A DNA stretch of 64,000 bases, from assembly GCA_902826775.1 (NCBI GenBank), contig CADEHE010000006.1, positions 37,238 through 101,237 on the forward strand. Direction: 5' to 3'. A program made the translations under genes and the position numbers. This document shows positions 45,832 through 54,422 of the stretch, piece after piece. How positions within the stretch are numbered: position 1 is the first letter of the stretch; each line of letters starts with the position of its first letter. Source of the stretch: an uncultured Pseudomonadota bacterium. Its GTDB lineage: Bacteria; Pseudomonadota; Gammaproteobacteria; Burkholderiales; JALYOK01. Under the pieces are notes generated by a model. It was not told where the DNA came from, searched no databases, and was given only the letters and a program-made list of their open reading frames with translations.

Positions 45832-46733
45832 TCCATATGTATCTCAGCGCGCCCGCGCACGACATCGAAGAACTTTTCTTGCAGCTTTGCCGTCACCGGG
45901 CCACGGCGGCCTTCGCCGATGACGCGGCCGTCCAGTTCGCGAATGGGCGTGATTTCCGCGGCGGTGCCCGAGAAAAACGCTTCGTCGGCGATGTAAAGAT
46001 CGTCGCGTGTTAGGCGTTTGGACTGAAACTCATAACCCAACTCGCGCGCCAAGTTGATGACCGTATCGCGGGTGATGCCGGATAGGGCCGAGGTAAGTTC
46101 CGGTTCGTAGATCTTGCCGTTCTTGACGATGAACAGGTTCTCTCCGGCGCCCTCGGCGACAAAACCGTCGACATCGAGCAGCAGTGCCTCGTCGTACCCG
46201 TGCTCGACCGCTTCTTGATTGGCCAGAATAGAGTTGGCATAGGTGCCTGAGAATTTGGCTCGGCACATGGTGACGTTGATATGGTGGCGCGCGTAAGATG
46301 AAGTCTTGACGCGAATGCCTTTTTCCAGACCCTCCGGCCCAAGGTAGGCGCCCCAGGGCCATGCGGCGATGGATACGTGCACCTTCGCACCTTTGGGCGA
46401 CACGCCCATCTTCTCCGAACCATAAAATGCTATCGGGCGGATGTAGCACTCTTCCAGTTGGTTTGCGCGCACGACTTGCTTGTGCGCTTCCATAATCGTG
46501 GCTTTGTCGTACGGAATCTTCATCATGAAGATGTGCGCCGAGTTAAACAAACGATCGGTGTGCTCTTTCAAGCGAAAGATCGCTGTGCCTTTGTTGGTCT
46601 TGTACGCGCGCAAGCCTTCGAACGGTGCCAAGCCGTAGTGCAGCGAGTGCGTCAATACGTGCGTAGTCGCCTCGCGCCAAGGAACGAGCTTGCCGTCGTA
46701 CCAAATCTGGCCGTCGCGGTCTGCCATCGACAT
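45813..46733 (-). CDS. ilvE: Branched-chain amino acid aminotransferase
   Basis: ATG at 46733 after AGGAG. MSMADRDGQIWYDGKLVPWREATTHVLTHSLHYG... typical class IV aminotransferase. Confidence 0.93.
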   Translation of the reverse strand: MSMADRDGQIWYDGKLVPWREATTHVLTHSLHYGLAPFEGLRAYKTNKGTAIFRLKEHTDRLFNSAHIFMMKIPYDKATIMEAHKQVVRANQLEECYIRPIAFYGSEKMGVSPKGAKVHVSIAAWPWGAYLGPEGLEKGIRVKTSSYARHHINVTMCRAKFSGTYANSILANQEAVEHGYDEALLLDVDGFVAEGAGENLFIVKNGKIYEPELTSALSGITRDTVINLARELGYEFQSKRLTRDDLYIADEAFFSGTAAEITPIRELDGRVIGEGRRGPVTAKLQEKFFDVVRGRAEIHMDWLAFV

Positions 46734-46902
46734 AGTGCTAACTCCTGATTGCAAACCCTTATTCTAGCGAAAAAGGGGCGCAAACTCGATCCGCGCCGGA
46801 AATTGCGGTAGTGTTAGATACTGCGTGACACCGCTCCGGCGCCGCCGCATCGCGGCGCTTGCCGCGCGCTGTAGGGCGCAGAACCCAGCACAAGGAGAAG
46901 CC

Positions 46903-47577
46903 ATGCCAAATTCCGCGAAGGTGCAGGCCTTGTTGTTCGATGTATACGGCACGCTGTTCGATGTGCATTCCGTAGTGCAGCAGTGTGAACAGCAGTTTCC
47001 CGGCAAAGGGGTGGCGCTCTCGCAGTTGTGGCGCACGAAACAGCTTGAGTACACTTGGCAACGCAGCTTGATGCATCGTTACGAGCCCTTCCATGTCGTA
47101 ACGCGGGCGGCGTTGCGCGTGGCTTGCCGCGCACTCGCGCTGGAAGCCTCAGCGGCTGTGCTGGACCAGTTGATCGGCGCTTACCTGCATTTGAAGCCGT
47201 ATCCCGACACGGTGCCGGCGCTGCAGCAGCTCAAGAAAATGCCGCTGGCAGTGTTCTCCAATGGCTCGTTGCAAATGTTGGGACCTTTGCTGGCCAACGC
47301 CGGAATCGAAAAGTATATGAGCCACGTCATCAGCGTGGACGAGATTCACGTTTTCAAACCGGATCCGCGCGTCTACGCGTTGGGCTGTCAACGCCTCGGC
47401 GTCGAGGCGAAGCAGGTTGCTTTGGTGTCGTCGAATTTCTGGGACATCTGCGGCGCGCGGGCGTACGGCATGCAAGCGTTCTGGATCAACCGCACCGGCG
47501 CCGGCATGGATGAACTCGGTTTCGAGCCGACGGCGGTGTTTGCCAGTTTGACGCAAATGGCGGATCAGCTCGCGTAG
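46903..47577 (+). CDS. Haloacid dehalogenase, type II (HAD superfamily)
   Basis: ATG at 46903 after AAGGAGAAG. LLFDVYGTLFDV nucleophile motif, SNG, and a C-terminal SSNFWD block. Confidence 0.88.
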   Translation: MPNSAKVQALLFDVYGTLFDVHSVVQQCEQQFPGKGVALSQLWRTKQLEYTWQRSLMHRYEPFHVVTRAALRVACRALALEASAAVLDQLIGAYLHLKPYPDTVPALQQLKKMPLAVFSNGSLQMLGPLLANAGIEKYMSHVISVDEIHVFKPDPRVYALGCQRLGVEAKQVALVSSNFWDICGARAYGMQAFWINRTGAGMDELGFEPTAVFASLTQMADQLA

Positions 47578-47639
47578 CACGCGCCAAGCGGACGATTGTG
47601 CCTAGAAGTCGCTGCCCGTGCGCGGCGCGCGCTATGCGC

Positions 47640-50600
47640 TCACTGGATATTCAGTGCGCCGCTGCGAGTTAACATCGTCCAGCTGCTGCTATGGTGCAAA
47701 CGCAGTTCGTACTGGCCTGGCGCCAGCGTGCTTGGAATTGGAAATGTGCAACTGCCGCTCGGCCGCGCCGCGCCTGCCGTCTTACTGCAGCTCACATACA
47801 TCCAGTTGCCGAGGTGATCCTGTGAGATGGCGCCGGGCCGGTACAGTCCGATCCAGTTGGTTGCGCTCGGCTGCGCAATACCGCTCCAGTTCACCGTCAA
47901 CGAGCTTCCCCTTGCGACCGTCGTCGGCACCGCCGTCAGACTGAGAGTTGGTGCCGTGCCGCCGGTGATGGTGATGGGGCTGCTGGTCAGCAACACGCTC
48001 CAACTGGCAGGTTGATGCAAGCGCAGCTCATAGGTACCGGCGGCGAGACTACCCGGTATTGGCAGAGCGCAACTGCCGCTACTCGGTGCGGCGCCAGCGG
48101 TCTTGCTGCAGCTTAAGTACAGCCAGTTGCCCAAATGCTCTTGCGACGGTGCGCCGGGACGATACAGGCCGATCCAATTCGTGCCGCTCGGGTTAGTAAG
48201 GCCGCTCCACGCGGCGGACAGCGTGGCGCCTGCGGCGACGGTGCTTGGCGTGCCGCTCAGCGTCGGGCCGCCCGGGCTGCTGCCGCTCACGCTGAAAGTT
48301 CGCTCCAGCGCACTGACGTTGCCGGCAACATCGCGTACGCTGACATTCAGCTTGCCGGCGGTCAGATTCGTGATGGCTGGATTGAGCGCGAGCGTCCAGA
48401 TGAAGTTACCGGTATCGCGGAAATCGCCCGCCAGTTCAGTGCCGGCCGCTTTGCCGTTAACAGCGAAGTTCGCTTTTACCGAAAGCGACTGCCGGTGGAG
48501 TCCGCTGTAATTGTCGTACATGCCGAAGCGAATCTGGCCGAGCGCGCTTGGGTTCGCGCCACTGCGCGGCGCGGCAATGGTCAGCACCGGCTTCATGTCG
48601 TCGGCGAACACGCCCATAGGTTTGAGCAGCGGGTCCGGCGAATCGATCTGACAGCCGAGATCGATCCAGCGCGCGAACAGCAATTTTTCGTCCTCAGTCA
48701 GCGGCGGCACACCAGAGCCGGGTGGAGGCATCATGCTGCCGGTGTAATCCAGATCCGCGTCGTTCGCGCTGGCGCCCGAGGGCAGCGTGCCGGCGTTGCC
48801 GGGCACCGACTCGGTGGGATGGTCTGCATTGCTCCAGCCATCCAAACGCCGGCCCATGATCTTCCACATGAGCAAACTGCGCCGCGATTGAAACATGCGG
48901 ATGTAACGCGAAGCGTTGGTTTGCCGCCAGGTCGCGTTCGAAATCACCGGCTTGATGCCAAACAACGCGTTGGGGTCGCGCGCGAGGCGATTGTAGGTAT
49001 TGTCGAAGCCGTCGACGACGCTGGAATCGTCCAGCACCAAGCCTGCTTCTTGACGCCCGCTCTTCGAGTGGCAAGACACGCACGAGCGCTGCAAGATCGG
49101 CCTGATGTCGCGGTAATACTCGACATCGACGACGTGGCGCCCAGCTTGCGTTTGCACCGTTTGCCCGGAGGCGTCTTTTGCCAGCAGCGGCGTATTGCCG
49201 GTCAAATCCACTGGCGTGTAGCCAGCGCGGCCGGCCGCGGTGTCGGCGAAATTGGTCGGCACGCGGCTGTGCGCGTGACAGCCGCCGCAGTTGGTTCGCG
49301 CTTCGCCGGGGCGCACCATGTGCCAAGTCTGCGCCATGTTGAGCACCATGCCGTCTTTGTCGATAGTCTGGAAAGTGAACGGCGTATCGGCCGGGATCTT
49401 CGCCAGGAAACTGGTATCGGGATTGCCGTCCGGATCGGTCACGCCCGGCTTGCGCAGCGGGATCTCGCCGAGGATGCGCAATCGTTCCGTCGCCGCATGG
49501 CTGCGAAATCCGGGCGAGCCGCCGCTAGCGGCGGGCCCATAGCTGCGATGCGCCACGCTTTCCATGCCGAGAATGCGCACCGCGAAGATATCCGCGCTTG
49601 AATAGCGTCCCGCATCCGCACCCTGAATGAACCAGTTCGGATTCTTGTCGTTCTCGGAAGTGTTGAAAGCATCGAGCCCGTGATAAATACCGCTCGTGTC
49701 GGCGCTGCCAGGCGCGCTGTCGCGTTTGTAGAAACTCGATGTTCCGACCAGACCGAAGGGTGTGCCTGCCGGCAGCGCCGCGTGCACGGTGCCGTCGTTG
49801 GGCAGGTACGGTAACGCTGCCGGTGCGGCGACGCTATAGATCGCTGCGTACGGCACCAGCGCCTTTGGTTGCATTTCGCTGTAGTTGGGGCTGTTCTTGA
49901 TCAGTACTAACTGGCGGTGATCGGTTACCGTCGCGCCGTTTTTCAGCACGTAGAGGCCGCCGTCGGGCGAGGGGAAACGTGTCGGGCGGTCGAGATGATT
50001 CACCGGGCCAGCGCTCCACACCAACAACACATCATTGTTTGGTGCGCCCGAAGGGTGCGTGACTTTGCCGGTCCAACTGCCGTCCAATTCCCAGCCGGAC
50101 GCTTCGTCCTCGCCGTGCGTGAAGGCCGAAAGCGCGGTCAAGCCGGGCGGGGAAAAGCGGTACTGCGTGAAACGCGGCTGCAAATGCTGTGGGTGGCTGG
50201 GATCGAAGAACCACAAGCCGCGGCGCACCTGCGGGTTGGATGCGTGCGTGTCGATCGGGCTGCCGAACGGCGCGGCACCGGGCGGTTTGCGCGCGTTGAA
50301 CGCCAACAATGTACCGAAGCTGCTGTTGTTCAGGTTGTAGTACTCCACCACGGCGATACGCTCGTCGGAGAGCTGCGTCTGGAAATGGAACGCCGCGCCG
50401 ATTTTGAACGGGCTCATCAGTGGTTCCCATTTTTGCCCATCCGGCCAAATCGCCCACAGCGACCAAACACGTTCATCGCGCAGACCTTGGCCTTCGTAGC
50501 TGGAAAACATGACGCGCCCGTCCTTCAACACCGTGGGGTGCAGCGCGCTGCCGATATTGATATGGCCGATCGGCTCCACGTTCGCGCCATCCTCGTCCAT

Positions 50601-51245
50601 AATGTACAGGCGCAGGTTGGGGAAGGTGAAGCCCTTGTTTGGCAGATAGCCGTCGCGGCTGGAAGTGAACATCACCTTGCCGTTCGGCAGGGGACAGGGG
50701 CCCAAGTTGAAGATGCCGTAGCCTAGGTAATAGCTGGCCGGACTGCTCGCGCTGAGGTGGTTTGACGACCAGTTTGCCGCGCCGCTCGGTGGTTCCCACT
50801 TCTGCTGCGTCAGGCGCACTACTTGCCGGGTGGCGACGTTGATCTTGTAGATGTCGGCGCCCTGCAGCGGGGCGAAGCCACGCTGGTAGTTGAGCTGCGG
50901 CGCGCGCATATCCGGGAAGTACGAGAAATACACCCATTTGGCGTCGAACGATGGCACCGGATCCACCACTGCGCCGTTACCCGCGGCGAACAACACTTCC
51001 TCGGTACCGTTCGGACGCAGCAGCATCAAGTCTGAGCCTGGTTCCATGTGTGTCGGATGGAACACCTCGGCCCATTTGGCGAAAACATTGTCCCCATAGC
51101 GGGGTGCACGCACGTAAACGATGTCGTAGTTGACCGCGCTTTGTGCCCATACGTCGGTAAGCGCAACGAAAAGTAACATCAACAGGCTCGCATGCCGCAG
51201 CGCACGCGAACAACAACCGGCAAGATTGCTAGAAAGATGCGGCAT
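47640..51245 (-). CDS. Large secreted HzsA-related (hydrazine synthase alpha-like) propeller protein with two CXXCH motifs and two C-terminal repeat modules
   Basis: ATG at 51245. Signal peptide (LLMLLFVALTDVWAQS). NCGGCHAHS at 49275-49289 and SCVSCHSKSGRQEAGLVLDD at 49068-49082, the latter PSCyt1-like. An Ig-like region is followed by 2 x ~104-aa modules. Confidence 0.8.
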   Translation of the reverse strand: MPHLSSNLAGCCSRALRHASLLMLLFVALTDVWAQSAVNYDIVYVRAPRYGDNVFAKWAEVFHPTHMEPGSDLMLLRPNGTEEVLFAAGNGAVVDPVPSFDAKWVYFSYFPDMRAPQLNYQRGFAPLQGADIYKINVATRQVVRLTQQKWEPPSGAANWSSNHLSASSPASYYLGYGIFNLGPCPLPNGKVMFTSSRDGYLPNKGFTFPNLRLYIMDEDGANVEPIGHINIGSALHPTVLKDGRVMFSSYEGQGLRDERVWSLWAIWPDGQKWEPLMSPFKIGAAFHFQTQLSDERIAVVEYYNLNNSSFGTLLAFNARKPPGAAPFGSPIDTHASNPQVRRGLWFFDPSHPQHLQPRFTQYRFSPPGLTALSAFTHGEDEASGWELDGSWTGKVTHPSGAPNNDVLLVWSAGPVNHLDRPTRFPSPDGGLYVLKNGATVTDHRQLVLIKNSPNYSEMQPKALVPYAAIYSVAAPAALPYLPNDGTVHAALPAGTPFGLVGTSSFYKRDSAPGSADTSGIYHGLDAFNTSENDKNPNWFIQGADAGRYSSADIFAVRILGMESVAHRSYGPAASGGSPGFRSHAATERLRILGEIPLRKPGVTDPDGNPDTSFLAKIPADTPFTFQTIDKDGMVLNMAQTWHMVRPGEARTNCGGCHAHSRVPTNFADTAAGRAGYTPVDLTGNTPLLAKDASGQTVQTQAGRHVVDVEYYRDIRPILQRSCVSCHSKSGRQEAGLVLDDSSVVDGFDNTYNRLARDPNALFGIKPVISNATWRQTNASRYIRMFQSRRSLLMWKIMGRRLDGWSNADHPTESVPGNAGTLPSGASANDADLDYTGSMMPPPGSGVPPLTEDEKLLFARWIDLGCQIDSPDPLLKPMGVFADDMKPVLTIAAPRSGANPSALGQIRFGMYDNYSGLHRQSLSVKANFAVNGKAAGTELAGDFRDTGNFIWTLALNPAITNLTAGKLNVSVRDVAGNVSALERTFSVSGSSPGGPTLSGTPSTVAAGATLSAAWSGLTNPSGTNWIGLYRPGAPSQEHLGNWLYLSCSKTAGAAPSSGSCALPIPGSLAAGTYELRLHQPASWSVLLTSSPITITGGTAPTLSLTAVPTTVARGSSLTVNWSGIAQPSATNWIGLYRPGAISQDHLGNWMYVSCSKTAGAARPSGSCTFPIPSTLAPGQYELRLHHSSSWTMLTRSGALNIQ
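47643..48266 (-). repeat. Two tandem copies of the same ~100-aa two-Cys module found in 42784-43722
   Basis: ...AAWSGLTNPSGTNWIGLYRPGAPSQEHLGNWLYLSCSKTAGAAPSSGSCALPIP...YELRLH and ...VNWSGIAQPSATNWIGLYRPGAISQDHLGNWMYVSCSKTAGAARPSGSCTFPIP...YELRLH. Confidence 0.85.
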
Positions 51246-51465
51246 GCGTTCCCCTTTTTGTGGCCGACGGACGGCAGCGGCCAAGACCTCGATGTCGGCC
51301 GAGATTTGAAACAGTGGTGGGATGGCAAGCGGGGGAAGTGTTTTTCTGCGCGCCTGTCTACAGCGCGGCTAGGGTGCCGAAAGCCCTGGCGACTGTCAAG
51401 TTACATTTTTGCGACGGCTATAGTGGCGCGTTGCGAGGGGGCGACTACATCAGTAGCGGCCGCGC

Positions 51466-54150
51466 TTACTCGCCGAACACCGCGCGCCACAGTGCCTTAA
51501 CCGCTTGCGCGTGCGGCCGTGCAACCTCATGCGCCACACGAGCTTGTGCCATTTCGTTCAACCACGTCTGGTGCTGCAAGCGCCGCAGCGCGCGGTAGGC
51601 GTCGGCGGCGCCGACGGCCAGCGCGCCCGGCAACAGACCGAAATCCGCGGCGGCCTGCAGCAAGGCAATATTGCCGCTGTTGCGCGTGAGAGCCTCGTGC
51701 CTATGCGCATGACCAAGCACCAAATACTGTACCGCAAACTCGACGTCGATGAGCCCGCCTGCATCGGCTTTGACGTCAAAAGCGTCTTTCGGCGGCCGGT
51801 GTTCGGCACGCATTTTTTCGCGCATCGCCAGCACTTCGGTGCGCAGTGTGGCTAGATTACGCCGCTGCCGCAGGACTTGCACTCGCAGTGCTTCGAATGC
51901 TGCTCCGATGCCAGCATCGCCGGCGCAAAAGCGCGCCCGCGTCAGCGCTTGGTGTTCCCATACCCAAGCCTGCTTCTGTTGATATTCAGCGAAGGCCGAT
52001 AGCGGGCTTACCAGCAAACCGCTGGCGCCGTCGGGGCGCAAGCGCAAGTCGGTCTGATACAACACGCCGGCGCCGGTATAGGCGTTCAGCCAGGCATTCA
52101 GGCGCTGCGCCAGGCGCGCGTAGTTCTCCGGCGCCTCGCCCGCGGCGTCATCGTAGAGAAACACGATGTCGAGATCCGATCCGTAACCGAGTTCCTTGCC
52201 GCCCAGTTTGCCAAAGCCGACCACGGCAAAGCGCGGGGAGGGGCAGTGCCGCTTCGGCAGCGTGCTCCAAACCAGATTGAGCGTGCGCCCAAGCATCAGA
52301 TCGGCCAGCTCACTCAAGTGATCGCTGAGGCGTTCGACCGTCAGCGTGCCAGCAAAATCTTGCGCGATCAAATGAAACAGTTGCGCTTGCTTGAAGTGGC
52401 GCAGCAGGTCCATTTGCTGTTCGGCGTCGCCCTCGACTTGCGCCAGATTGGCGTCGAGGCTGCGCGCGAGTTCCCGCCAGTGTGGTTCGCGGCCAAATTG
52501 CCGCGGATCGAGCAATTCGTCCAGCAGTATCGGATGTTGCTGCAGATATTTGAGCGCCCACGGGCTCCACCCCGCGAGGGCGGCCACGCGCTCCAGCGTT
52601 TGCGGGTATTCGATCAGCAACGCCAGGTAGGCTTCGCGCCGGCTTATGGCTTCGAAGAGATCCAGCATGCGGCTGAGCGCCACCAGTGGATGGCTTTGCT
52701 TGGCGGCGGCGCGCACCATCTCGGGCAGCAGCTTCTCCGCTTTGGCGCGGCTCGAATCCGGCAGCTGGCGGTAGCGTGCGCTGTCGCAGATGGCGTCGAT
52801 TCGGCGTATCACTTCGGGTGCGTCGTCGTAGCCTAGGGCTTCGATGTGAGCTGCGGATTCGTTTCCCTGCAGCAGGTTGGCGGTGGCCGCGCCGTTATTC
52901 TTCTGTTCTGCGAACACACCGTCAAAGTGCAGCGTGACTCGCGCGCGATGCCCATTCAACACCGCGCTGAACTGTTCCGGCTCGCTGAATCCCATACTAA
53001 GCGCGATTAGGCTGAGTTCGTTTGCATCGCTCGGCAGGCGTTGTGTTTGTGCATCGTCGCGGTATTGCAGTCGATGTTCGAGCGCGCGCAGAAAGCGGTA
53101 GGCGTCGAGCAGTTCCGCCACCGTGCCGGCGGGTAGCAGCGATTTCTCGGCGAGCAGCTGCAGCGTGGCGATGGTGGCGCGTGTCTGCAGGCTGGTATCG
53201 CGTCCGCCGCGTATCAGCTGAAATACTTGCGCGATGAACTCGATTTCGCGTATGCCGCCCGGGCCGAGCTTGATGTCGTTTTCCCGGTCGCGCCGCTTCA
53301 CCTCCTCGCGCACTTGGCGGTGCATGTCGCGCAAATTCTCCAGCGCGACAAAATCCAAGTAGCGCCGGAACACGAACGGCCGCACCAGGCTGGCCAGGGC
53401 AGCCAGATCATGGCCAGCGCCCGTCACCGTGCGCGCCTTGGCCCAAGCGTAGCGCTCCCACGCGCGTGCCTGGGTAAAGAAGTAATCTTCAAGCATGGCG
53501 AGCGAGGCGACCAGCGGCCCGCTGTCGCCATACGGGCGCAGGCGCATGTCGACACGGAACACGAAACCGTCCGCGTTGCTGGCGCCCAGAGTGGCGATGA
53601 TCCGCTTGCCGAGCAGGGTAAAGAATTCGTGGTTGCTGAGCGACCCGCCGGCGCTTTGCACGCCGGGCTCGCCGCGTGTTTGACCTTCCTCGCCGTAGAC
53701 GAAGATTAAGTCGATATCCGAGGAGACGTTGAGTTCGCCGCCGCCGAGCTTGCCCATCGCGACCACGATCAGTGCTTGCGCGCGCTTGCTCTCCTCGCCA
53801 AATGGCTCGCCGTGGCGCTGCGCGAGCCAGCCGTGGTGATAGGAGTGTGCTGTTGTGATTGAGACATCCGCGAGAGCGGTCATGGCGGCGAAAACTTCTT
53901 GCAGGTCGGCACGACCACCGAGATCGCGTGCGGCCAACCACAACATTACGCGCTGGCGCAGAGCGCGCAATGCGCGGTCGAGCGAAGCCTCATCACAAAT
54001 GCCTTGCGCCTCAACAAACGCGCGCATGGACTCGGTGCCCCAGCGCGCTTGGTGCGCATGTTGCAACTCTTCGCTCAGGTCGGGTCGCGCGTGCAACAAG
54101 CGCTGCACATAGCGGCTGAATTGTGACGCAACCTCGACGCGATCTAACAT
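51466..54150 (-). CDS. glnE: Bifunctional glutamine synthetase adenylyltransferase / adenylyl-removing enzyme
   Basis: 894 aa with two nucleotidyltransferase halves (GKLGGGELNVSSDIDLIF and GKLGGKELGYGSDLDIVF). Confidence 0.95.
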   Translation of the reverse strand: MLDRVEVASQFSRYVQRLLHARPDLSEELQHAHQARWGTESMRAFVEAQGICDEASLDRALRALRQRVMLWLAARDLGGRADLQEVFAAMTALADVSITTAHSYHHGWLAQRHGEPFGEESKRAQALIVVAMGKLGGGELNVSSDIDLIFVYGEEGQTRGEPGVQSAGGSLSNHEFFTLLGKRIIATLGASNADGFVFRVDMRLRPYGDSGPLVASLAMLEDYFFTQARAWERYAWAKARTVTGAGHDLAALASLVRPFVFRRYLDFVALENLRDMHRQVREEVKRRDRENDIKLGPGGIREIEFIAQVFQLIRGGRDTSLQTRATIATLQLLAEKSLLPAGTVAELLDAYRFLRALEHRLQYRDDAQTQRLPSDANELSLIALSMGFSEPEQFSAVLNGHRARVTLHFDGVFAEQKNNGAATANLLQGNESAAHIEALGYDDAPEVIRRIDAICDSARYRQLPDSSRAKAEKLLPEMVRAAAKQSHPLVALSRMLDLFEAISRREAYLALLIEYPQTLERVAALAGWSPWALKYLQQHPILLDELLDPRQFGREPHWRELARSLDANLAQVEGDAEQQMDLLRHFKQAQLFHLIAQDFAGTLTVERLSDHLSELADLMLGRTLNLVWSTLPKRHCPSPRFAVVGFGKLGGKELGYGSDLDIVFLYDDAAGEAPENYARLAQRLNAWLNAYTGAGVLYQTDLRLRPDGASGLLVSPLSAFAEYQQKQAWVWEHQALTRARFCAGDAGIGAAFEALRVQVLRQRRNLATLRTEVLAMREKMRAEHRPPKDAFDVKADAGGLIDVEFAVQYLVLGHAHRHEALTRNSGNIALLQAAADFGLLPGALAVGAADAYRALRRLQHQTWLNEMAQARVAHEVARPHAQAVKALWRAVFGE

Positions 54151-54422
54151 GGGTACTGCATAAGGTATCAGTCTGAGAGTTAAATTAGACGAGACAAATC
54201 AATATAATCTCTAGCCAGTAAAACGGCAGAATGGCAGCGTCGCTCGGCCCGCAGCCACGCTCTCGCATGCGATACGCGATGCAAGGGCAAAACCGCGCTG
54301 CGCCCACAACCGAGCGTGCGGGCAGTAAACGGCGGCAGACGATACAGCGTTAGTTTCTGTGAATCTTCCCGGCGGCGCTTTGCCAAACTCGATATTATCT
54401 GGTCTCCGCTCGCTGCGTTCCG

